Positions 7,034 through 15,535 of a DNA stretch of 62,680 nucleotides are shown here, piece by piece. The stretch spans positions 1-62,680 of IMG/VR virus record IMGVR_UViG_3300050019_000092; one strand, 5' to 3'. The notes under the pieces are model-generated. The model saw only the letters and a list, made by a program, of their open reading frames with translations. It was not told the DNA's origin and did not search any database. Position numbers and translations under genes: made by a program. Position 1 is the first letter of the stretch. Each line of letters opens with the position of its first letter. Source of the stretch: a virus.

Positions 7034-7721
7034 TCGCTATATCGTTATGGACGTCGAGACCTCGGGGTTGGCCGACTTCTCCAAGCCAGCCGATGCCGAA
7101 GGGCAGCCACGGCTTGCCCATCTGGCGCTGATCTATCTGGATTCGGAATTCAACGTTGAGCGGGACTATGACGTCCTGATCAAACCGGACGGCTGGACGC
7201 TCGAGGCTGGTGCTGCAGCGGTTAATGGCCTCACATGCGAACGGCTGCTCGCTGACGGCATTCCGGTGGTCGATGCGTTGCTCGAATACACTAAGGCGGT
7301 CGAGACCGGGCGTGTCGTGGTGGCTTTTAATGCCGTTTTCGATACGAAGGTCATGCGCGGCGAGCTCCGGCGCGCCGGCATGGACGATATGTTTATGAAG
7401 ACGCGGAATATCTGCGTGATGCGCGCCATGACGGATGTCTGCCAGATTCCATATGCCAACGACCGGGCTGGGTTCAAATTCCCCAAGCTGGCCGAGGCGC
7501 TCGCTCACATCGGTTCGATGTCGTTTACGGAGGACGCTCACACGGCTATGGCGGATGCGCGCGGTGCGCTTGAGATTATGCGCTGGCTTGCCAAGAACCA
7601 GATGCTGTCTGAGCCCGGCATTCATCTGGCGAAGAAGCGGCCGGATCTGGTTCCCACTCCTCCTCGGCGTTCAGCGGCCAAGGCGCCACCGGCGTTGGCA
7701 ACAGACGAGATTCCCCAATGA
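7017..7721 (+). CDS. DnaQ-like 3'-5' exonuclease (DEDDh)
   Basis: Carries Exo I VMDVETSGL, Exo II VVAFNAVFD and Exo III HTAMADA. Confidence 0.85.
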   Translation: MAPMSDRYIVMDVETSGLADFSKPADAEGQPRLAHLALIYLDSEFNVERDYDVLIKPDGWTLEAGAAAVNGLTCERLLADGIPVVDALLEYTKAVETGRVVVAFNAVFDTKVMRGELRRAGMDDMFMKTRNICVMRAMTDVCQIPYANDRAGFKFPKLAEALAHIGSMSFTEDAHTAMADARGALEIMRWLAKNQMLSEPGIHLAKKRPDLVPTPPRRSAAKAPPALATDEIPQ

Positions 7722-7813
7722 CCATTCTGAGTGCGGTGCTCGGCTGGCTCGACATCAATCTGTTGGTGGTGTTGATCCTTGCGCTTGCCGCGCGGAGGGC
7801 CAATGGCCGCTGA
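7718..7813 (+). CDS. Hypothetical membrane peptide (31 aa)
   Basis: ATGA overlap with the exonuclease stop. Hydrophobic core is LGWLDINLLVVLILALAA. Confidence 0.3.
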   Translation: MTILSAVLGWLDINLLVVLILALAARRANGR

Positions 7814-8042
7814 CGATCCCCAACGTCTGACCGAGAAAGGCGCGCATATCCTCCGTCGCGGCGGCGCCAATGGCGTCGACGAGGAAGGCATGATCATCCT
7901 TGAAATTCTCAAGCGGGCGCCTGGAATATCGAAGGCCGATCTGCAGGCTTGTTTCGTGGCGCTGCGGATGGAATATGGCGAGCATGCACTGGAGGCGATT
8001 CAATCAGGCCACTGCCAGTTTGAACCGCGAAAGCCCCAATGA
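7803..8042 (+). CDS. Hypothetical protein (79 aa)
   Basis: Internal ATG of ORF 7779..8042, overlapping the upstream stop. Confidence 0.5.
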   Translation: MAADDPQRLTEKGAHILRRGGANGVDEEGMIILEILKRAPGISKADLQACFVALRMEYGEHALEAIQSGHCQFEPRKPQ

Positions 8043-8260
8043 TCATCAAACTGGAGCCCACTGGTCGATTCGAGGTTTTCCGCGGCGTTCAGTTCCGCAT
8101 CTTTACCGGCGTCACTGATCGTGGCATCAAGGTACAAATGCTCGGCATGTTTCGGATTCCTGACGGCAATGACCGGGCGCGCTTTGAGCAGGAGATTGGG
8201 TCCGTTCCCGTCGATAGCATCGGGCGTCTGCTCACAACCGAAGGATTGATTATCCCATGA
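8039..8260 (+). CDS. Hypothetical protein (73 aa)
   Basis: ORF track entry with ATGA overlaps at both ends. Confidence 0.55.
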   Translation: MIIKLEPTGRFEVFRGVQFRIFTGVTDRGIKVQMLGMFRIPDGNDRARFEQEIGSVPVDSIGRLLTTEGLIIP

Positions 8261-8742
8261 GTCGGAAGACGAGGGCGGCCCGTCGGGTCAAGCCAGCGAA
8301 AGAACATCATCTGACCTTTAAATCAGGCCGCAAGTTCGCCATTGCCGATGCGGAGAGCGCCAAGCGGGTGCTCGGCGGGCTCGGCGCCATCATGGCGACT
8401 TGGAAAGAATGCGCGGCTGTGCTGCAGATATCCGAGGCCACGATGCATCGGCTGTTCCTACGCTGGCCCGATGTGAAGGACGCCTATGACTCTGGCAAAT
8501 GCGGCGGCCTAGTTGGTCTGCGGCGCTCGCAGTTCAAGTTGGCGGATCGCAATGCCACCATGGGGATTTTCCTCGGGATGAATTACCTCGGGCAAAAGGA
8601 CATGCGGAATACCCACCTATCCGGCGAGGTGAAGCATTCGCACGAGCACTCGATCATCGGCATGCTGCTCAAAGAGATTGATGAGGAGTCGCGCGGCGGG
8701 CCCGTCATCGAGCACCAACCTTCGAAGGAGCGGGCAGCATGA
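8257..8742 (+). CDS. terS: Putative terminase small subunit (HTH DNA-binding)
   Basis: HTH-like WKECAAVLQISEATMHRLF is followed by RNATMGIFLGMNYLGQKD. This resembles the NAAAWIF..KNRFGW signature of one TerS family, recalled from memory only. Confidence 0.55.
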   Translation: MSRKTRAARRVKPAKEHHLTFKSGRKFAIADAESAKRVLGGLGAIMATWKECAAVLQISEATMHRLFLRWPDVKDAYDSGKCGGLVGLRRSQFKLADRNATMGIFLGMNYLGQKDMRNTHLSGEVKHSHEHSIIGMLLKEIDEESRGGPVIEHQPSKERAA

Positions 8743-8951
8743 GCGCAGATATTCACTCTCTAGAATTGCGGCCGACCGATGTGGAACTCGCCAAGGGCTA
8801 CGACCATCGGATGCGCGAGCAGCTGGACGCCCTCTGCCAGCTTGAAAACGAGGCGGCGGCCGAGGGTTTCACGTTTACCTATCAGGTGGGTTTTAACGGG
8901 TTTGGTCATAAGGCGGTACAATCGCTGGCCGTGCTTAAGAAGCTGACGTGA
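8739..8951 (+). CDS. Hypothetical protein (70 aa)
   Basis: ORF track entry, translationally coupled on both sides. Confidence 0.5.
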   Translation: MSADIHSLELRPTDVELAKGYDHRMREQLDALCQLENEAAAEGFTFTYQVGFNGFGHKAVQSLAVLKKLT

Positions 8952-9328
8952 AACCGCAGATCATTCTGGCGCTCGGGCCCGTCAAGGCACCAGCGGATGC
9001 CATCGTGATCGATTACCTAAATTCCACTTTCCGGCGTGGCACTGAATGTCGGCGGCTGCATTCAAATCGCCCGGATGTGCTACCCATCGGCTTTCGCGCC
9101 ATTGCCTGCCTGATCGTAGCCTCGCCCGGCTGTGTTTCTCACGACGATATATTGCAAGCGGTTTATGGCGATGATCCGAATGGTGGACCGATCTGGGCCG
9201 TGTCGTCGATGACTAGCGTAATAAGTTCTCGGCGTGATCTCTTGACTTGGCTGGGTGCGCGCGTCTCATCGCAACGAGGATTTGGCCATCGCCTTGAATT
9301 CGTCGAATGGCAAGCGATTGCGGCATGA
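8948..9328 (+). CDS. Putative winged-helix (OmpR/PhoB-C-like) DNA-binding protein
   Basis: The C-terminal pattern ILQAVYGDDP...VISSRRDLL...RGFGHRLE resembles trans_reg_C. GTG start overlaps the stop (GTGA). Confidence 0.45.
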   Translation: MKPQIILALGPVKAPADAIVIDYLNSTFRRGTECRRLHSNRPDVLPIGFRAIACLIVASPGCVSHDDILQAVYGDDPNGGPIWAVSSMTSVISSRRDLLTWLGARVSSQRGFGHRLEFVEWQAIAA

Positions 9329-10491
9329 AACATCAACGCATCCTACTCGGCTGTTTCGGCTTTGCTTTGGCCGTCTTTTATTGCCCGTTCATCCATGGTG
9401 CTCCGACCACACCGCGGTGGCTGCTGCTGGCGGCCGTGGTGCCGACCGCGCTTATCGTGGCACTGCTGGCGGGGCGCGCCGTCGAAGTCACCGCGGCTCA
9501 TCTCGCCGGCGGGGCCTTTATCGGCTGGGCCGCGCTCTCGCTCATCTGGTCGTCGGCCCCCTATGATTCGGTCGGCGCTCTCTGGCCGCTATTGCTCTTG
9601 GCTGGGTGTTTTGCGCTCGGCTCGCTGATAGCCGATCTCTCGCCGTTCTTCGCCGGCGCCGCGCTCGGGCTCGGCATCTCGAGCGTCCTGGTGGTGATCG
9701 ATGTGACGACCGGCTGGCGGATCGAGGACATTGCCGGTTCCGTGGCCCCGTTCCCGCCGGCGGCTCTGTTCGGCAACAAGAACTATCTGGCCGAAATGGC
9801 GGCGCTGGTCCTGGTGGGCGTCTATGCCTATCAGCCCAAGGGTGAGTTCGATATACGATGGTCGCCGCTGCGATTTCTTGGGTTGATAGGCTGTTTACTG
9901 CCTGCGCTGGCCCTCACAGAAGGTCGTGGGGCGCTTCTGGCGATCGCGGTGGTGGCAGTGATCGGTGTGTGGCAAATGGGCGAACGGTGGGTCGCGGCTG
10001 GCATGGTGGCGGGCCTATTAGTGATCGGCATGGCTCTATGGGTCTGGAAAGGTCACGGTTCGGTCGATGATCGCCTGAATATCTGGACCGATACCATCAT
10101 GGCGCTGAACTTCTGGGGACATGGCTTGGGCTCGATGGGGAGCAATTTCGCCCTGTTCGCGCATATGACTGATCCGATGCCGGTGCGCAATGCGTTTGCC
10201 CACAATGACTTTCTGCAGATCGCCTACGAGCTCGGGTTGCCCGGCGCGGTTCTCGTTCTGGCGTTCGTCGGCTTGGTGCTGAAAGCTGGCGGGCCGGAGC
10301 GGTATATCTTCATCGCTTTCATCGTGGAGGCCAATCTTGCATTCCCTTCTCACCTTCCGACCACCGGCGCTATTGCCGCTCTTGTGGCGGGCGTGTCTGC
10401 TGGTCGTCTGCCTCGGCTTCGCCTTGCGACTGTCATTGGCCGAGATCGCCTATCGTCATGGGGTTGTCTCTCCGCCGGCGGTGATGGCTGA
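9325..10491 (+). CDS. O-antigen ligase/polymerase family (Wzy_C) integral membrane protein
   Basis: Many TM helices. Signature motifs are TEGRGALLAIAV and AFAHNDFLQIAYELGLPG. Confidence 0.8.
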   Translation: MKHQRILLGCFGFALAVFYCPFIHGAPTTPRWLLLAAVVPTALIVALLAGRAVEVTAAHLAGGAFIGWAALSLIWSSAPYDSVGALWPLLLLAGCFALGSLIADLSPFFAGAALGLGISSVLVVIDVTTGWRIEDIAGSVAPFPPAALFGNKNYLAEMAALVLVGVYAYQPKGEFDIRWSPLRFLGLIGCLLPALALTEGRGALLAIAVVAVIGVWQMGERWVAAGMVAGLLVIGMALWVWKGHGSVDDRLNIWTDTIMALNFWGHGLGSMGSNFALFAHMTDPMPVRNAFAHNDFLQIAYELGLPGAVLVLAFVGLVLKAGGPERYIFIAFIVEANLAFPSHLPTTGAIAALVAGVSAGRLPRLRLATVIGRDRLSSWGCLSAGGDG

Positions 10492-10876
10492 GATCACGGC
10501 GGCCGGACAGCGGGGCGATAAGCAGGCGGTACTGGCCCTCTATTTTGCCGAGGTGCAGCGCTCGCTCGATGCTCTGAAGGCGGCGGGCGAGTGGTATCCC
10601 TACGATTATTGGTTCCGCACCGCGCAGGCGAACGAGTTCTATGTGCTGTCGGCTACTATTCCGGGATTGAATGAGGCCGCTGAGACAGCCATCGGATATG
10701 CCCTGACGGTTGATTCTTCTCAGCCTGAATTGGTGGCTGGTCTGCTGGTGCTGCAGCGGCGGCTTGGTAGGTGCGACGAGGCGCGCGGAACATTGGTGCG
10801 GTTGATGCTACTTGCGCCGGGCTCGCCAAAAGTGCAAAAGTTGGCCGCGTTGGAATCCCCATGCAAAGGAGATTAA
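10484..10876 (+). CDS. Putative TPR-like helical protein coupled to the ligase gene (alternative start 10337)
   Basis: ATGGCTGA start/stop overlap with the upstream gene. The sequence is helical and repeat-like. Confidence 0.45.
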   Translation: MAEITAAGQRGDKQAVLALYFAEVQRSLDALKAAGEWYPYDYWFRTAQANEFYVLSATIPGLNEAAETAIGYALTVDSSQPELVAGLLVLQRRLGRCDEARGTLVRLMLLAPGSPKVQKLAALESPCKGD

Positions 10877-10878
10877 GA

Positions 10879-11151
10879 ATGTCAATGGATCGTACAGGTC
10901 AGCCTACTACAGCGATACAGGCTCCCAAGCCCCCGTCACTTTTGGAAGATGGAGTTAAATTGGCCGAAAGGCTCGGTCGCGCTCTCCACAATTTAGAGCA
11001 AATCCACGACAAGTTGAATGGGTCGCAGCCACGCGATGCAAGCGCCGAACCCCCAGAACCGCAGCCTTCTGCCCGCAGGAATGTTGAGCGAGCGCACGCA
11101 TTGATATCGCTCATTGAGGACGAAATTCAGCGGATCGACTCTCGGCTCTAA
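10879..11151 (+). CDS. Hypothetical protein (90 aa)
   Basis: An AAGGAGA SD lies 6 nt before the ATG. Confidence 0.6.
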   Translation: MSMDRTGQPTTAIQAPKPPSLLEDGVKLAERLGRALHNLEQIHDKLNGSQPRDASAEPPEPQPSARRNVERAHALISLIEDEIQRIDSRL

Positions 11152-11181
11152 TTGCAATTCGGCATTTGATGCGTTATCGGT

Positions 11182-11215
11182 AATGCCCCGGCGAAGAGTC
11201 GGGGCATTATTTTTG
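11182..11215 (+). terminator. Rho-independent terminator
   Basis: Stem AATGCCCCG / CGGGGCATT with a 9-nt loop, followed by ATTTTT. Confidence 0.8.
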
Positions 11216-11225
11216 GAGGCGCGTC

Positions 11226-11483
11226 ATTCCTCTCGTCTCACAAGCACAGGCTCGCTGGGCCTACGCCAATCAGGGCAACAAGACTCGCGAAGGCGCCGCG
11301 GCGCGCGATTTCATCGCTGCCTCGCCCGGTGGTCCTGGCTCCGTCAAGAAACTGCCGAAATTCAAGAAGCCTTCCGTTCGCCGTCCTGGCCCCGGCATGC
11401 CCGGCGCGCAGCCTTTTGGCTCTCTTGCGCCCGGCGACGGCATGGCCGCTCCCGCTCCACCCCCCGATGGAGAGATGCCGTGA
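11226..11483 (+). CDS. Coding-like ORF with no canonical start (possible ATT start after GGAGG); C-terminal region carries PFGSLAPGD
   Basis: The frame is open from 11184. G/C-rich third positions contrast with the Arg-rich shadow frame 11114..11671. The first in-frame ATG is only 28 codons from the stop. Confidence 0.35.
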   Translation: MPLVSQAQARWAYANQGNKTREGAAARDFIAASPGGPGSVKKLPKFKKPSVRRPGPGMPGAQPFGSLAPGDGMAAPAPPPDGEMP

Positions 11484-11671
11484 GCGAAAAGACACCGATG
11501 CCAGCCGAACTACGCAAAGCCCACTTTGATGCGACCACCGGTCTGCTCACGCGCTACGAGGGCGAATTTGCCGAGTTGGTGAAGAACCAGAATGCTCCTG
11601 CGGATGCGGTTTCCAATCTGCTGACCGCTATCCATGCGCTTCGTGTCGAGCAAGATCACACCCGGCCCTGA
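11480..11671 (+). CDS. Hypothetical protein (63 aa, GTG start)
   Basis: GTGA overlap with the upstream stop, and GGAGAG upstream. Confidence 0.5.
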   Translation: MSEKTPMPAELRKAHFDATTGLLTRYEGEFAELVKNQNAPADAVSNLLTAIHALRVEQDHTRP

Positions 11672-11691
11672 TCGGCCATTTGGAGGCTACC

Positions 11692-12093
11692 ATGTCCGAT
11701 ATCAATCATACCAACCAGCCAGATCATCAGGCCAGCGCCGCAGCTTTAGACTTCCCGGACGAACAGCCAAAGTCTGCGGAGCCAACGCCCGAGAAGGTGG
11801 CCGAAAAATACGCCGCGCCTACCACCAAGACCATCCCAATCACCGAGCGTGGCTCGACCGTTCGTGTGCCTGCGCCCGAGCCCGTCAAGGACGTTGTGCG
11901 CACTCCCGAAGAGTTGATGCGCGCAAATCTTGAAGCACCCGGCCATCAGGTTGGCGATGTAATTGAGGGAGACCTCGTTCGCGCCGACTGCGGCTTATTC
12001 CAGTGCGGCATCGATGCGCTTGGTCGCGTATGGCGCGTCGAGGATGGCAAGGATGGCGCACGTCTGGTCCTGGCAGGTTGGCTGAATACCTAA
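11692..12093 (+). CDS. Hypothetical protein (133 aa)
   Basis: A TGGAGG SD precedes the ATG. This is ORF track 11680..12093. Confidence 0.6.
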   Translation: MSDINHTNQPDHQASAAALDFPDEQPKSAEPTPEKVAEKYAAPTTKTIPITERGSTVRVPAPEPVKDVVRTPEELMRANLEAPGHQVGDVIEGDLVRADCGLFQCGIDALGRVWRVEDGKDGARLVLAGWLNT

Positions 12094-12105
12094 AGGGCTG
12101 ACCGC

Positions 12106-12615
12106 GTGGCCATTATTTTTAATAATGATTTGGCTGCAGACCGCTTACGTTATCTGCTGACTTATCATCCAGATAGTGGATTGTTTACGTGGAATCGAAG
12201 TCGAGGCTCACGCAGTAGTGGTGTCATTGCTGGAAATATGAATACGGATGGCGCCATTCAGATTCAGATCGATAAACGAGTTTATGTTGCTCATCGTCTT
12301 GCTTGGCTTTATGTTCTCGGCGTCTTTCCTCCCGATGAAATTGATCATTGGAATGGGTGTCCTGCCGATAATCGATGGAGCAATCTGCGTCCGGCAACTC
12401 ATATGCAAAACTGTTGGAATCGTAAAAAATCTGTTGCAAACACCAGCGGCTTTACCGGGGCATCTTGGCATTCAATAAAAGATCAATGGTGCTCCTCAAT
12501 AATGAAAAATGGACAACGCATTATAATTGGATATTTTGACACTCCGCATGAGGCTGGTGCGGCCTATGCTGCGAAAGCTGATGAATTGTTTGGGGAATAT
12601 AGGAGGGCCGTCTAA
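12106..12615 (+). CDS. Free-standing HNH homing-endonuclease-like protein with AP2-type DNA-binding domain
   Basis: Contains HRLAW...IDHWNG...NRWSNLR...QN followed by SGFTGASW...W...GYFDTPHEAGAAYAAKA. The gene is distinctly AT-rich. Confidence 0.8.
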   Translation: MAIIFNNDLAADRLRYLLTYHPDSGLFTWNRSRGSRSSGVIAGNMNTDGAIQIQIDKRVYVAHRLAWLYVLGVFPPDEIDHWNGCPADNRWSNLRPATHMQNCWNRKKSVANTSGFTGASWHSIKDQWCSSIMKNGQRIIIGYFDTPHEAGAAYAAKADELFGEYRRAV

Positions 12616-12971
12616 TGGCGAATTATAATGTTCGGGTGCTCGGGTTTCGTGGAGTGCAGCAAATACCGCTGATCAATTCCCGGCAGTTCTCCTCCGATTC
12701 CGTTATGCAGTTGGTTTATCCCTACGAATTCTCCCAGGTTCTTGTCGTGGCCGGCAATGGCGGCCCGGTATCGAGCGCAGCGGATCCCGGCAAATCGACG
12801 ACCATCCTTCGCATCGAGGTGCCGGACGGGCAAACGATACGCTATGAGATCAATCCGCCTGGACGCGCTATCGCCGCTGGTGCCAATTCTCCCAGCCTAT
12901 CGGGGAAGGATCAATTCGCTTTTAATGTTGGCTGGACGGTATCGATCGCCGACATTGGCGCCTATCCGTGA
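12615..12971 (+). CDS. Hypothetical protein (118 aa)
   Basis: ORF track entry with a TAATG overlap. Confidence 0.6.
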   Translation: MANYNVRVLGFRGVQQIPLINSRQFSSDSVMQLVYPYEFSQVLVVAGNGGPVSSAADPGKSTTILRIEVPDGQTIRYEINPPGRAIAAGANSPSLSGKDQFAFNVGWTVSIADIGAYP

Positions 12972-13282
12972 GCAGGATGGTCTTTGCTCTCGCCGATTTG
13001 CAGCATGAGATTGCCAGCATCGCGCTCAGTTCACCCCACCCACTGCGGGAAATGACGCTTGTGCTGACGGACGATGATTACGATGCAGTAGCTAAGGAAA
13101 TCTCCAACCATTTCGGGCGCACATGCGGGGCTGGTGGTACCATGCTGGTCGAAGGCGTAACGATTATGCGAGGAAGCCATGCTCGAGGACGGCCAAACGA
13201 TCGATCTGGATCAGGTGCGCAAGACGACGGCCTACCAGAAGCGCAAGAAGCAATGGAAAGACCGCAGTTGGCGGCTCGATAA
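12968..13282 (+). CDS. Hypothetical protein (104 aa), 3' end overlaps terL
   Basis: ORF track entry with a GTGA overlap start. Confidence 0.45.
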   Translation: MSRMVFALADLQHEIASIALSSPHPLREMTLVLTDDDYDAVAKEISNHFGRTCGAGGTMLVEGVTIMRGSHARGRPNDRSGSGAQDDGLPEAQEAMERPQLAAR

Positions 13283-14738
13283 TTTCTATTTCATCCGGAG
13301 CGAGAAGGGCGAGCGGATTCCTTTCGCCCGCAATCCTGCACAGCTTGCCTTCTCTCGCGCACTTTGGTCCCGCAATATTATTCCGAAGGCCCGCAAACTC
13401 GGGTTCTCGACTTTCATTGAGTTATTGATTTGCGATGCCTGTGTTTTTAAGGGCGGCACGGTCGCAGGCATTGTAGATCGCTCGCTTGATGATGCGGTCG
13501 ATAAACTCGGGATGATCGCATATGGGTACGATAATCTACCCGAGGAAATCCGCACAAACATCCAACTCACGCGGCGCAATGACAAATATCTGGAATGGTC
13601 GAATGGCTCCAATGTGAGCGTCGGAACGTCCTATCGTGGTGGCACGCCATCGATCCTGCATGTGAGCGAATATGGAAAGATAAGCGTGGACTCGCCGGAG
13701 GCCGCGGTCGAAATCAAAACAGGCGCAATCACCGCTGTACCAATGAGCGGCCAAGTATTTGTTGAGAGCACGTGGCACGGCACTGGCGGTGAATTCTCGA
13801 AGATGACGATGGCTGCCAAGGCGCTACGGGATCGCGGAGCAACTCTCACCGAACTAGATTTTAAGTTTCATTTCTACGGTTGGTGGATGAAGCCAGAATA
13901 TCGGCTTCCGAATAACCTTGTGATTGTCACCCAAGAAATGCAGGAATATTTCCGTGATCTTCAGGCCACGAACGGCATCCTGCTCGATGCTGATCAGATG
14001 GCTTGGTACCAGAATCGATATAGCGACCTCGGGCTCGACAAAACTCACGAGGAGTTTCCATCGACGCCAGAAGAGCTATTTCTTACCTCAAATGAGGGGG
14101 CGTTCTTCAAGCGCGAATTGTCGAAGGCGCGGCAAGAGGGCCGGATTGGGCAGTTAATGCCGTTCGATCCCACTCGGCGGGTCAATACGTTCTGGGATAT
14201 TGGCGAGGATACGACGGCTATTTGGTGGCATCAGACGGATGGTGTTCGTCATCGGCTGATCGACTATTACGAAGAGGAAGGCTGGTCGCTGCAAGGCGCT
14301 TGCGCGATGATCGATGAGAAGCGGCGAACCCGGAAATTTGTTTATGACAAGCACTACGGCCCGCACGATATGGGCAACAAGGATTGGGGCAATAACGCGC
14401 AGACCCGCAAGCAGACAGCGAAGGGGCTCGGGGTTGATATCTCTGTGGTCGAGCGCATTACCGAGAAGGCGGATGCGATTGAGGCTTGTCGGCGCTTTAT
14501 CAATAACTCTTGGTTTGATGCAGAACACTGTTCGCTTGGGGTGGAACGGCTCGAAAACTACCGTAAAAAGTGGAACAAGGCGATTGGGGTTTACACCTCT
14601 GAGCCAGAACACGATCCCGCGAGTCATGGAAGCGATGCCCTAATGTGTGGCGCCTGCGGTCTGGTGCCTGAAAAAGTAAAATCCGAGGATCGTTCGCGCC
14701 GGCCGCAGGAACAAAGGACAACGCAATGGGCGTCATGA
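13179..14738 (+). CDS. terL: Terminase large subunit
   Basis: Carries the ATPase motif IIPKARKLGFSTF and a C-terminal nuclease-type region. A GAGGAAG SD is present. Size is 519 aa. Confidence 0.85.
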   Translation: MLEDGQTIDLDQVRKTTAYQKRKKQWKDRSWRLDNFYFIRSEKGERIPFARNPAQLAFSRALWSRNIIPKARKLGFSTFIELLICDACVFKGGTVAGIVDRSLDDAVDKLGMIAYGYDNLPEEIRTNIQLTRRNDKYLEWSNGSNVSVGTSYRGGTPSILHVSEYGKISVDSPEAAVEIKTGAITAVPMSGQVFVESTWHGTGGEFSKMTMAAKALRDRGATLTELDFKFHFYGWWMKPEYRLPNNLVIVTQEMQEYFRDLQATNGILLDADQMAWYQNRYSDLGLDKTHEEFPSTPEELFLTSNEGAFFKRELSKARQEGRIGQLMPFDPTRRVNTFWDIGEDTTAIWWHQTDGVRHRLIDYYEEEGWSLQGACAMIDEKRRTRKFVYDKHYGPHDMGNKDWGNNAQTRKQTAKGLGVDISVVERITEKADAIEACRRFINNSWFDAEHCSLGVERLENYRKKWNKAIGVYTSEPEHDPASHGSDALMCGACGLVPEKVKSEDRSRRPQEQRTTQWAS

Positions 14739-15166
14739 CCGTGAATGTCATTGCAGGACTGCCACCAATGATCGATGAGATTGACGCTGCCTTTCACTGC
14801 CGCGACCAAGATGTTTTCTATTCGTGGGGTGACCGTATTTTCTCATCGCATGGGCAGGTTGTGCATCCTGCTTTGCAAGCGCATGAGCAGGTGCATTGCG
14901 AGCGCCAGCTAGTGCATCCGGGTGGGGTGGTCGGTTGGTGGCGCGTCTATATTGCGAATCCAGTTTTCCGGCTAAGGGAGGAGGTTTTGGCGCATCGGGC
15001 CGAGTATCTCTGGTGGGCGGATAGACCTGGAGCAGACCGACCGGTGACAGGATTCCGCTCGGCGCGGCTGTATCATCTGACGCATGTTGCAAAAAGACTC
15101 GCTAGTCCGCTATATGGGAATCTGATAACGCTGAGCGCCGCGAAGCAAGCGATCGAGAGGAAATAG
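14735..15166 (+). CDS. Hypothetical protein (143 aa)
   Basis: ATGA overlap with the terL stop. Confidence 0.55.
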   Translation: MTVNVIAGLPPMIDEIDAAFHCRDQDVFYSWGDRIFSSHGQVVHPALQAHEQVHCERQLVHPGGVVGWWRVYIANPVFRLREEVLAHRAEYLWWADRPGADRPVTGFRSARLYHLTHVAKRLASPLYGNLITLSAAKQAIERK

Positions 15167-15169
15167 CGA

Positions 15170-15535
15170 ATGGCCACCATCAAACCAAGCTTTACCGCGC
15201 AGCAAGGGATGACATCGCTCGATGGATATGGCGCTGGCTGGCAAGGAATGGCGAACGGGGATGTAGGCGAGTCCATCGACAAATTCGGCGGGTTCGCGGA
15301 CAAGTCAATGCAGGTAGAGGGGACTTTCGGTGCTGGTGGTACGGTTATCGCGGAAGGCAGCAATGATGGGGTCAATTTCAGGACTCTGAACGATCCGCAG
15401 GGGAATCCCATATCGATGACGGCGGCTGGGATCAAGACGATCTTGGAGAGCGTCCTCCATGTGCGCCCCCGTGTAACGGCTGGGGACGGCACGACGTCTT
15501 TGTCGGTCACCATGTTTGCACGAAAGACACCATGA
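15170..15535 (+). CDS. Hypothetical beta-rich protein (121 aa)
   Basis: ORF track entry with clean coding composition. Confidence 0.6.
   Translation: MATIKPSFTAQQGMTSLDGYGAGWQGMANGDVGESIDKFGGFADKSMQVEGTFGAGGTVIAEGSNDGVNFRTLNDPQGNPISMTAAGIKTILESVLHVRPRVTAGDGTTSLSVTMFARKTP

Noticed and set aside
9307-10876. A frameshift joining the O-antigen-ligase ORF to the overlapping 10337..10876 ORF (ligase-TPR fusion or pseudogene)
   Set aside because: An ATGGCTGA start/stop overlap at 10484-10491 gives an ordinary translationally coupled two-gene arrangement. I saw no slippery sequence. Fusion proteins of this type do exist, so this is noted but not called.
11114-11671. The 185-aa ORF from the track as a real gene
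   Set aside because: Its first 120 residues are Arg/Ser/Trp-rich, which is typical of an off-frame reading of GC-rich coding DNA. It also spans a strong terminator. Only the part from the GTG at 11480 looks genuine.
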